Assembly: GCA_950072105.1 (NCBI GenBank)
Contig: CATMOE010000011.1
Coordinates: 1 to 64,000 of the forward strand
Direction of reading: 5' to 3'
Length of the DNA: 64,000 nucleotides
From: an uncultured Dehalococcoidia bacterium
GTDB lineage: Bacteria > Chloroflexota > Dehalococcoidia > Lucifugimonadales > UBA3495
Shown here: piece after piece, positions 50,726 to 59,374 of the stretch
Layout: each line of letters starts with the position of its first letter
How positions within the stretch are numbered: position 1 is the stretch's first letter
The notes under the pieces: model-generated
Databases searched by the model: none
What the model was told of the DNA's origin: nothing
What the model saw: the letters and a program-made list of their open reading frames with translations, nothing else
Translations under genes and position numbers: made by a program

Positions 50726-52582
50726 ATGGTTCGTCACTCGTTCAAAAGCCGCAGGGCGCTCGTCCTAACCCCATTGTTGTTGATTCTGTTCTTCATCATC
50801 GCTTGCGGCGCCGCACCAGCCGAGCCCGTCGTGGTGGAGAAGCAGGTCATCGTGGAGAAGGAGGTAATCAAGGAAGTCCCCGTGATCAAAGAAGTGATCA
50901 AGAAAGTGCCCGTGATCAAAGAGGTGATCAAGGAGGTCACCGTAGTCACAGAGGTGATCAAGGAAGTAGTAGTCATCGCCACACCCGCTCCCAAGCCGGT
51001 GGTGGTGGTATCTCCCAAGTACGGCGGGTATATCAACATGCTTGACTACGCCGCCGCGAGTCAGAGTCTGATCCACCGGAGCCAGATATTAGACAAGAAT
51101 CTCGCTCCCATGTTCAACAAGCTGGTGGAGTTCAACCCGGAGACCGCCGATGTAGGCGACATCCGTTGCGACCTTTGCACCAGTTGGGAATTGGCCAATG
51201 ACGGCATGACCTACACCTTCCATCTGGTTGACAACGCCAAGTGGTGGGACGAGGTCCCGGTGACCGCCGACGACGTGGTCTTCATGTTCGAGAGCATCGT
51301 GGCGCCAGACCAGTTCGAGATATTGAAAGACAGGCCCACGTCGGGCAACATTCAGGTCGGGCTTTACTATGAAAGCGGCAACGCCCGGGCCGTGGATGAC
51401 TACACCGTGGAAGTGGCCACCAAATTCCCCACGGGCTCGTTCATTTCCTCCCTGGCCGTGGACGGCGCCATGGTCCAAGCCAAACACACCGTCATAGACC
51501 AAGGGATTGTCCAAACCGCAAGTGACATGGGAACCCTCAACGGGTCGGGGCCGTTCAAGTTTGTAAAACACATCAAGGATGTCTCCATAGAATACGAGAA
51601 AACCCCCGGCTATTTCAAAAAAGGCCGGCCCTACATCAACGGCATGAAGCACTTCGTGATCATCGATTCGGGCCGCACCATCGCCGCTTTCAAGTCGGGG
51701 CAAGTATTGACCAGCAACACGGCCCTCACCAACATGACCACTCGGGAAGCGGAGCGCCTGGACCAAGATATGGACAATCTGACAGTGTTTTGGGGTGGCC
51801 CCACCGGCGCGCGGCACGTCTATATGAACACCACCAAAGCGCCTTTTGACAACGCTGATGTAAGAAGGGCCGTACACCTGGCCCTGCACCGTCAGCCCAT
51901 CATTGAAACTATGAGCGCCGGTAGGGACTCGATAGGATACTTGAACCCGCCGGGTTTCTGGTACAGCCGGACCCAGGAAGAATACGACCAGTTGCCGGGA
52001 TACCGGGAGCTCAACGGCCAAAAACACCCCGATGACGTCGCCGAGGCCCGGCGGTTGCTTCAAGAGGCCGGGCATCCGCCAAATCTCAAGGTGACCCTCT
52101 CCACCCGCAACTGCTGCGCCTACGGGGATATCTCGGTAATGGTCAAGCAGTAGCTTGAGGAGAACCTCGGCTGGGACATTGACATACAGACATGGGAGAG
52201 CGCCGCCGGATTCAAAGCATACTTTAACGGAGACTTCCAATTCTTTATACAAGGTTCCCGCCTGAACAGCACCTCTCCCGACGTGGTCCATTCCGGTTGG
52301 GTAAAGGGAGCCGTGCCCCAGTGGGTGGGTGGGGGCCGAGGTAAATTCTTCGCCGTGGAAGGGGTTAAAGACCTGTTTGATAAGCAGTTGCACGAGCCCG
52401 ACCCGGAAAAGCGCAAAGTCCTGTTAACTCAACTAGCAGACACCTTATATGATGGTGGCTCAGCCACCGCCACCCTTTTCTGGAATACACGCCATTGGCC
52501 GGTTGAGAATCGGATCCAGAACTTCAACTTCACCCTTGATGGCAGGACGTGGGAACACGTTTGGTGCGACCCGGCCTGTTAG
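50726..52582 (+). pseudogene. Family 5 ABC substrate-binding lipoprotein interrupted by one in-frame TAG
   Basis: GGAGG plus ATG at 50726, IIAC lipobox, VTADDV, GSGPFK, PFDNADVRRA; TAG at 52151..52153, same frame continues to 52582. Confidence 0.82.
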
Positions 52583-52956
52583 CTGTGACCATATTTCAGG
52601 TATAGATCAACTGTACCCCGTCTCCGCCGAACACTTCAGGGAATCGCTCTCGGACTTTCCAGGTCCGGGAGCGATTCATTTATACGGACAACGTCAGGGC
52701 AGTGATCTCCGTCTGTGGCCGGAGACGAGGTGATCATTGGCCAGCTATCTCTCAGCGGAAGGCTGTATGTTGTTGCCGGGCTAAACGCCGCGGTAGTGGT
52801 AGAGAATGAAATGGACGGAGTCAGCGGGCCGGGGATTCAGTGACCGAATGTATACGATTGCCGCCCAGGCGCACCGGCGTTGACACTGTTTTCCACCGGT
52901 GCTAGCCTTGATGGCATCTCAGGGACGTACCGCAAAGCACCAGAGGAGGAGCTATT

Positions 52957-54075
52957 ATGGACTTTGGGCTGTTTAGTACCTGGAATGCTGTATACGCTGA
53001 TGGCAAGGTTCCCTGGGACCCCGATTATAATGGGGGCAAGCTTCTCGAGGAACAAGCTTACGCCAAGAACTTCGAAGAGATTGACGCGATCGAATCCGGG
53101 GGTTGGGACTACCTTTGGCTGGGGGGAGGCCACTTTTCCACGCAGGGGAGCATGGACCCTCAGTGTCTCATGCTGGCCGGCATCATCGCCGAACGCACGA
53201 AAAATATCAGGATTGGCACGTCCATCCACCGGCCGATAATGAAGCTACCCGGGGAGGAATTAAGGCCAACCGCACTGCCCCATGAACGATACGCGTTTGA
53301 CAATCTAATGCTAGATGATCCGTTCCAGACGGCAGAACAAGTGTCGATAGTCGACCAGGTCAGCAAGGGCCGGTTCATTTACGGCGCGGGTGCACGCTCT
53401 CGCGGTTCCGACGAGCGCCGGGAGTACTTCTTTGAATTCCTGGAGGTTATGAAACAACTCTGGACGGAGGAAACCTTCTCCGGATTCGAGGGGAAGTACT
53501 ACAACTACCCCGCATTCTACGAATCGTACATGGGCATCCCGAAGCCCTACCAGAAGCCCTATCCTCCCATGCTGCTGCCCGTCGATAGCCAGGAGAGCTT
53601 CGTGCCCATGGGCGCCAAGGGCTATAAAATCGCTATTGGAGCAGGAAGCTCCCCCCACAACCTGAGAGGGTCTGCGGTTCTAAGGGAAGACGTACAAAGC
53701 TACCGGAAGGCCTGGATAGACGCGGGGCACCCCGGAGATCCGACTACCGTGGTCCGCGTACCCACCCTGGTGGCCGACACGAAAGCGGAGGCCGACCGGC
53801 GGACTGAGGAATTGATGAATCTCGCCAGGATATATTACGCCGGAAGGGTGGGCATCGGGAGCACAGACGCTGGCAGTGCCGGCCCCGATGCGACTGCGGA
53901 AGCAAACCTGTTTGGGACACCGGAAGAAGTGATCGACAAGATTCACGAGTTTCGGGAGGCCTTTAACTCAGACGAGATAATGTTCGAGTGCAACTGGACG
54001 TCATCGGTCCCTCGCGAAGTCGTGATGGATACGATTCGGTGCATCACCGACAAGGTGATCCCCGCGTTCAAATAA
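52957..54075 (+). CDS. LLM-class flavin-dependent oxidoreductase
   Basis: RTKNIRIGT, AEQVSIVDQVSKGRF, PKPYQKPYPP, GTPEEVI, VIPAF. Confidence 0.9.
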   Translation: MDFGLFSTWNAVYADGKVPWDPDYNGGKLLEEQAYAKNFEEIDAIESGGWDYLWLGGGHFSTQGSMDPQCLMLAGIIAERTKNIRIGTSIHRPIMKLPGEELRPTALPHERYAFDNLMLDDPFQTAEQVSIVDQVSKGRFIYGAGARSRGSDERREYFFEFLEVMKQLWTEETFSGFEGKYYNYPAFYESYMGIPKPYQKPYPPMLLPVDSQESFVPMGAKGYKIAIGAGSSPHNLRGSAVLREDVQSYRKAWIDAGHPGDPTTVVRVPTLVADTKAEADRRTEELMNLARIYYAGRVGIGSTDAGSAGPDATAEANLFGTPEEVIDKIHEFREAFNSDEIMFECNWTSSVPREVVMDTIRCITDKVIPAFK

Positions 54076-54250
54076 AGCAGGGGACCAGTCAAAGGTTACC
54101 GTGTGAATGGCGGCAACCTAAAACATAGGGGACAAAAATACTTGCCTCAGTAACATCAAGTAGGCACGATACAAATGTGCCATCGCAGGATCGTAACTTT
54201 ATGAGAGCACTAGATTCCATCTGGGAAATATCGGATTTGGAGTAAAATTG

Positions 54251-54508
54251 ATGCGTTTTCTAACTACGGAGTCTCTTAAAGCACCGCCAACGGCAGAAGT
54301 TCAAGCCCTCATGCCAGCCGAGCTTGCAAAAGTGAAAGAACTGACCGAACAGGGGCTGATATCCGCCTTTTACATTGCGGCTGATCGATTAGGTGCCTGG
54401 ATGGTATGGAATGTCGATTCTCAGGCTGCCTTAGAAGAAGCACATAATACCCTACCGCTCCATCCGTATTTGAATAGCGAGATTACGTTGTTGGCTGAGG
54501 GAATGTAA
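54251..54508 (+). CDS. Muconolactone delta-isomerase-like small protein
   Basis: MRFL...AE...EL..QG...WNVDS...LPLHPYL pattern, 85 aa. Confidence 0.6.
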   Translation: MRFLTTESLKAPPTAEVQALMPAELAKVKELTEQGLISAFYIAADRLGAWMVWNVDSQAALEEAHNTLPLHPYLNSEITLLAEGM

Positions 54509-54564
54509 CCTTGGGGCTACTGTGTCAAGTATATTATTGCCAAAAATAGCGAGAGGGTAACAAC

Positions 54565-54915
54565 ATGCAGGTAGTCCGCGTATATACCGGCTCCGACGGC
54601 GAGTCTCACCTGGAGGATTTGGACCTGGGCTATGAGGCCATCGCCGAGGCCGAGCGCACGGCGATGAAGACCGCCTCGGGGATCCAGTTCCGGCGGGACC
54701 CTCCGGGCCGATTCCAGGACTTCCACGTAGCTCCCCGCCGCCAATTCGTGATTACATTGGAAGGGCAGGCGGAGATAGGCCTGGGCGACGGCACCAAGAG
54801 AATCTTCAATCCCGGGGACGTTCTGCTGGCCGACGACCTCACCGGCAAAGGCCACACCACCGGAGTTTATGGAAACGTTTCCCGGGTATCGATCGCCATT
54901 CCCCTGGTCGATTAG
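54565..54915 (+). CDS. Cupin-fold hypothetical protein
   Basis: YTGSDGESH, FHVAPRRQFVITLEG, GDVLLADDLTGKGH. Confidence 0.8.
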   Translation: MQVVRVYTGSDGESHLEDLDLGYEAIAEAERTAMKTASGIQFRRDPPGRFQDFHVAPRRQFVITLEGQAEIGLGDGTKRIFNPGDVLLADDLTGKGHTTGVYGNVSRVSIAIPLVD

Positions 54916-54992
54916 CCGACCGGGCACTAACCAGTCGGAACGTTCTAACCTATAATTCCCGGCAAGTTCAATAAGGAATAGGAGGAAGGTCC

Positions 54993-55448
54993 ATGTTCAA
55001 GACAACCGGAATCGACCACGTAGCGGTAAATACCAACGACATGGAAGCAACACTCCAGTTTTATTGCGGCATTCTCGGGATGCGACTGGCCCGGACCTCC
55101 CGCACTCCGGACGGACGCCGGCACTACAACGTAGAGATCGGCGGCGGCAATGCCTTCGCGTTCTTCGACGGCGCCGATAAGCCCGGTGAGGCCACGCCCC
55201 AATACTTGAACCACTTTGCCCTGCCCGTAGCCACCGAGGCCGAGTTCGACGAAGCATACCAGCGGTTGAAGGACCATGGGGTGGAGGTAACGGAAATCAT
55301 CGAGCGAGAGTACGGCAAGACTTACTATTTCCACGACCCCAGCGGCATCCGGCTGCAGATCGAGTACCAGTCGGCCGGTTGGAACGATGACTTAACGGGA
55401 GACCCGGACCCGGTGCCCATGGTCGCGAAACTCTCGGGCCAAGGCTAA
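54993..55448 (+). CDS. VOC/glyoxalase family protein
   Basis: IDHVAV, FYCGILG, NHFAL, YFHDPSGIRLQI. Confidence 0.88.
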   Translation: MFKTTGIDHVAVNTNDMEATLQFYCGILGMRLARTSRTPDGRRHYNVEIGGGNAFAFFDGADKPGEATPQYLNHFALPVATEAEFDEAYQRLKDHGVEVTEIIEREYGKTYYFHDPSGIRLQIEYQSAGWNDDLTGDPDPVPMVAKLSGQG

Positions 55449-55855
55449 AATCCCCCAAATCCCCCCTTTACGAAAGGAACCTAGTTAGAAGGCTAAATGC
55501 CCTATGAGCATGGGCAAATTCATTATAAGTATATCGTTTGCGCTATCTGTAGTTGCGGTTATTTTGGCTTTGTGGCCAGCAGTAGCAGATGCGCCGTGGG
55601 AGACATCCTCACGCGAGGAACACTGCCTCAGGTTAACCGAAGCGGCGGCGGCAGCTCCTATGCCGGGACCCGCTTACGGGCACGTCATGAGAGAGGGCAG
55701 CAAAGCTGGCTGCTGGGAGTCCGAGGAGGAGCGCCGGGCCCGTATTCGCCTCGCGGAATGCATTCGCCAAAAGGGATTCATCGGGTGCGCAACGACGCCT
55801 TAACGGCAGAGAAACGGGTTTGCGAAGTACATAATCGCCTTTACGAAAGGGGGCT
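55449..55855. mobile_element. REP-like palindrome split by a 360-bp insertion with a 13-bp direct repeat
   Basis: CCTTTACGAAAGG at 55465..55477 and 55838..55850; removing the insert restores AATCCCCCAAATCCCCCCTTTACGAAAGGGGGCT. Confidence 0.6.
55504..55803 (+). CDS. Hypothetical small membrane-anchored Cys-containing protein
   Basis: N-terminal hydrophobic helix, LWPAVADAPWE, four Cys; fills the insertion. Confidence 0.55.
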   Translation: MSMGKFIISISFALSVVAVILALWPAVADAPWETSSREEHCLRLTEAAAAAPMPGPAYGHVMREGSKAGCWESEEERRARIRLAECIRQKGFIGCATTP

Positions 55856-55911
55856 TTTTTTCGGGAAGACAGCCGGGCGATTCTGGTTTTAAAATTAAGC
55901 AGGAGTAAAAA

Positions 55912-56718
55912 ATGCCAACGGTGATGCTGGATGAAAGCCTGGAGATGTACTACGAGGACGACGATTACACCGACCCTTGGCGCGATCCGGAAACTGTCGT
56001 CCTGCATCACGGCAACGCGAAAAGCTCCCGTTTGTGGTACGCCTGGGTGCCTCTGCTAGCCCGCCAGTACCGGGTGGTGCGGCTGGATGCCCGGGGCTTC
56101 GGCCGCTCCAGCCTCCCGCCTGAAGGTTACGATTGGTCGCTGAGCAATTTCAGCACCGATCTGTTGCGCCTGCTGGACAAACTTGGTCTGGAAAAGATTC
56201 ACTTGGTCGGGGAGACAGTGGGCGGGACCATCTCGCTTCAGTTCGCCCACGAACACCCGGACCGGCTGCACTCCCTCACCGTTTGCACTTCGCCCTACAG
56301 ATTCGCCGGAGTGGCAACCTACCAGGATTACTACAGATTGGTGCAGGACGAAGGGGTCGCCGCTTGGGCCAAAAAGACCGGCGAACGCCGCATAGACCCC
56401 AGCGCAGACCCCGCCCACCATCAGTGGTACATAGACCAGATGTCCCAGACTTCCCAAAGGGTAGTTTTAGAAACGCTGGCCTACCTGGCGACTCAAGACC
56501 TGTCCGGCATCCTGCCCAGCATCCAGACCCCCACGCTGATCCTGGTGGCCGAAAACAGCGCCGGCAACACGCCGGACCGCACCCAGGGCATGGCATCCCT
56601 TCTACCCAACAGCACTCTGGTGGAGATTCCCGGTACCAGCGGCTACGTCCAACACTCCGCGCCAGACAAATGCGTAACCGCCTGGCGGGAATTCATCGGA
56701 AAGCTAAGTCACAAGTAG
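55912..56718 (+). CDS. Alpha/beta fold hydrolase
   Basis: VLHHG, DARGFGRS, LVGETVGG nucleophile elbow (Thr in place of Ser). Confidence 0.85.
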   Translation: MPTVMLDESLEMYYEDDDYTDPWRDPETVVLHHGNAKSSRLWYAWVPLLARQYRVVRLDARGFGRSSLPPEGYDWSLSNFSTDLLRLLDKLGLEKIHLVGETVGGTISLQFAHEHPDRLHSLTVCTSPYRFAGVATYQDYYRLVQDEGVAAWAKKTGERRIDPSADPAHHQWYIDQMSQTSQRVVLETLAYLATQDLSGILPSIQTPTLILVAENSAGNTPDRTQGMASLLPNSTLVEIPGTSGYVQHSAPDKCVTAWREFIGKLSHK

Positions 56719-56803
56719 CTGTCAGCCATCGGCCGTCAGCCATCAGGGGTACCCCGCAATGCTTATCAGCCGGAGGTGGGGCTGAATGCTGACCGCTGAT
56801 AGC
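56716..56803. repeat. Inverted short-unit (7-nt period) repeat between convergent genes
   Basis: AGCTGTCAGCCATCGGCCGTCAGCCATCAG ... GCTGAATGCTGACCGCTGATAGCT form an imperfect long hairpin. Confidence 0.65.
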
Positions 56804-56804
56804 T

Positions 56805-57578
56805 TTAAAACAACGACTTTGACTGTCCGCCGTCCACGTTTATACAAGTGCCGGTAACCAGATCGGCCCGGTCGGAGGACAGGAACGCCACCATCTCCCC
56901 AATGGGTTCCGGCCAGCCAAATTGGCCCGCGGGCAAGTTGCGGGTTATGAATTCGGCAACGACTTCAGGAGTGTTAGTCTTCTGAAACCGGTCCCAAGAA
57001 CTGCCCGGGAAGTCGATGGACCCCGGGGCGATACAGTTGACCCGCACGTTGGTGGGCGCCAGTTGCAGCGCCAGGTGTTTCGACAAAGCGATCAGCCCCG
57101 CCTTGGCCGTCATGTAATCGACGCTGCCGCCGTGCTCCCGGCCATAGATCGACGAGATGTTCACGATGCGGCCCCAGTTCTGCTCTTTCATGTGAGGAAG
57201 CACCAGGCCGATCATCCGGTAGGCGCTATATAGGTTGAGTTCCAACCCCTCCTTGAAAAGGTCCAGGCTGGTTTCTTCAAGAATCGTCCCTTTGCGTCCT
57301 CCCACGTTGTTCACCAGGATGTCAGGTTGCCCCAGATGATCGATGGTTTCCTGGTAAAAGCGGGCGGCATCGTCTTCGGACGTGACGTCGGCCGAAGTCC
57401 CATGGGCCTGGTATCCCAGACTGGCCAATTCAGCGACCGTGGTATCCAGTTGCTCCTGACTTCGGGCGCAGATCGAAACCTTGCATCCTTCCCTCGCCAA
57501 ACATAGAGCCGCTTGTCTCCCCAGGCCCCTGCTCCCCCCGGTTATCATCGCAACTTTGCCCTCGATACCCAGGTCCAT
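56805..57578 (-). CDS. SDR family oxidoreductase
   Basis: MDLGIEGKVAMITGGSRGLG, NNVG, YMTAK, NVDGG; ATG after GGAGG. Confidence 0.9.
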   Translation of the reverse strand: MDLGIEGKVAMITGGSRGLGRQAALCLAREGCKVSICARSQEQLDTTVAELASLGYQAHGTSADVTSEDDAARFYQETIDHLGQPDILVNNVGGRKGTILEETSLDLFKEGLELNLYSAYRMIGLVLPHMKEQNWGRIVNISSIYGREHGGSVDYMTAKAGLIALSKHLALQLAPTNVRVNCIAPGSIDFPGSSWDRFQKTNTPEVVAEFITRNLPAGQFGWPEPIGEMVAFLSSDRADLVTGTCINVDGGQSKSLF

Positions 57579-57818
57579 GGCTACCTCCTGTATCACCTCA
57601 TCGATTTAGTTCCCAATTATAGCCTCAACGGTCCCAACTCGTATTCTCCAATTAGATCGATCGGTTGATGGGGCTCCCCGGCGTTCTCTGATATCAAACC
57701 GGTGACCGTTTGGTGACCAGTCTGAAGTTATATAGGGCCTGATGGACGAAAGGAGCGCCTGTTAGAGAGTATTTATCTGCTTTGGAAAATACAGATATAG
57801 CTAAAAAAGGAGATTCTC

Positions 57819-58973
57819 ATGAGGTTTGAATTCCGCAACATCGATTTGGTAAGGATCAATCGAAACTTTCCGACGAGCGTGCGTTCCACCATCAACGTCG
57901 CCGATGTAAACGGGACCATAAGCAAGGTAACGCTTGCTTTCAACATTCTGCACACATTCACCAGTGATCTGGTGGTTACCTTGAGGAGTCCGGGTGGCCA
58001 GAGTGTGACACTGGTCAACCGTGAAGGTGGAAGCGGGAATCACTTTCTTGGCACTGTATTCGACGACGCCTCTACTTCATCGATCGCTAACGCCCGGCCG
58101 CCGTTTAGGGGGCGGTTTCGACCCGATGAACCACTTCGTAACTTGGACGGCGCCAACGCGAACGGCGAATGGACTCTTGAGATAGACGATGTGGCTTCCC
58201 AGGATGGCGGTCTGCTCCTCAGCTGGACCTTGGGCTTCATGGTGCAACGTGAAACGTCAAAGTTCAAGATTGAGTTGGACTTCCAGGGCGGCCTGAGCCC
58301 GTCACAGCGAAGGGTGTTCGCCAATGCGGCGGAGCGTTGGTCAGAGATCATCACCGGAGCCGCCGACGGAAGTAGTCTTAGCTTGACTATCGAGGCTGGG
58401 GGCATCCCGATCGACCGCGGCGGCGTTCCGGGCGAGGGGAACGTACTGGGGCGGGCCGCTCCGACGGGTTTGCGGAACGGACTGCCTTCCAACGGCATCA
58501 TGGAGTTCGACACCTTCGATCTCGACCGCTTGGAAAACGACGGCAGTCTGGTAAACGTGATCATCCATGAAATGGGACACGTCCTGGGGCACGGCACGAT
58601 CTGGAGGAGGCGGGGACTCGTCATCGGCGAGGGGTCTTTCGATCCACAGTTCATCGGTATCAACGCGATGGAAGAATTCGGAGTCCTGTTAGGGACGAAT
58701 CGGCCGACGCCCGTTCCCGTGGCCAATCAAGGTGGTCCAGGTACCGAAGGTGCCCACTGGCGGGAAACCACCTTCGGTCGGGAATTGCTCACCGGACGCC
58801 TCGACTCCGGAATCAATCCGATCAGCCGAATGTCCATCGCATCCCTGATAGACCTGGGCTATCGTGTCGATCTCGACGCGGCTGACTCGTACGATTTACC
58901 CGATGCGCGACTACTTTCGCTCCTGGGAACCGAAGGTAGCGGATCGTTTTGTTGCTCTCCGCATAATCACTGA
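57819..58973 (+). CDS. Proprotein-convertase P-domain fused to a leishmanolysin (M8)-like zinc metalloprotease
   Basis: HTFTSDLVVTLRSPGG...ANGEWTLEIDD...WTL; HEMGHVLGHG, AHWRE, SIASLIDLGY. Confidence 0.82.
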   Translation: MRFEFRNIDLVRINRNFPTSVRSTINVADVNGTISKVTLAFNILHTFTSDLVVTLRSPGGQSVTLVNREGGSGNHFLGTVFDDASTSSIANARPPFRGRFRPDEPLRNLDGANANGEWTLEIDDVASQDGGLLLSWTLGFMVQRETSKFKIELDFQGGLSPSQRRVFANAAERWSEIITGAADGSSLSLTIEAGGIPIDRGGVPGEGNVLGRAAPTGLRNGLPSNGIMEFDTFDLDRLENDGSLVNVIIHEMGHVLGHGTIWRRRGLVIGEGSFDPQFIGINAMEEFGVLLGTNRPTPVPVANQGGPGTEGAHWRETTFGRELLTGRLDSGINPISRMSIASLIDLGYRVDLDAADSYDLPDARLLSLLGTEGSGSFCCSPHNH

Positions 58974-59008
58974 TCCACGCTTTCGTTCATCACTTGCCGA
59001 AAGATTCT

Positions 59009-59037
59009 CCCCTCCGCCGGGCGATCCGGCGGAGGGG
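59009..59037. terminator. Perfect 12-bp GC hairpin downstream of the protease gene
   Basis: CCCCTCCGCCGG-GCGAT-CCGGCGGAGGGG; only a short T tail. Confidence 0.55.
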
Positions 59038-59374
59038 CTTCACCATCGAATAAAATATGATGTGGCCGGTAAATCGCATGCTCGGGCCCCGATGATGATG
59101 CGTTGGCTTGATCTTAGCCGGCGGGCGATCCCGACATACTCGATCAACGTAAAGTCAGACCTATCCGGCCACACAGTTCCTGCCGAAGTTTCCCCAAATT
59201 AACCACTTTGACTGTTCCCTCATCCAACCAAGTCGTCCATACAACCGTCTGCGTGTCCATACCGTCTTCGGCCTTGGCCGTTTCGGTCTAACAGTTTGCC
59301 TGCTATGCAAGGCCATCCGGTTCCAGGCATCGGCTATAATTGACCGGCGCACGAGGCGGTCAGGGAGGCGATCG

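Noticed and set aside
51089..52393. 434-aa minus-strand ORF (and similar long antisense ORFs such as 38186..39148, 58040..58726, 63385..63966)
   Set aside because: Antisense shadows of well-supported plus-strand genes in GC-rich DNA; no motifs or SD.
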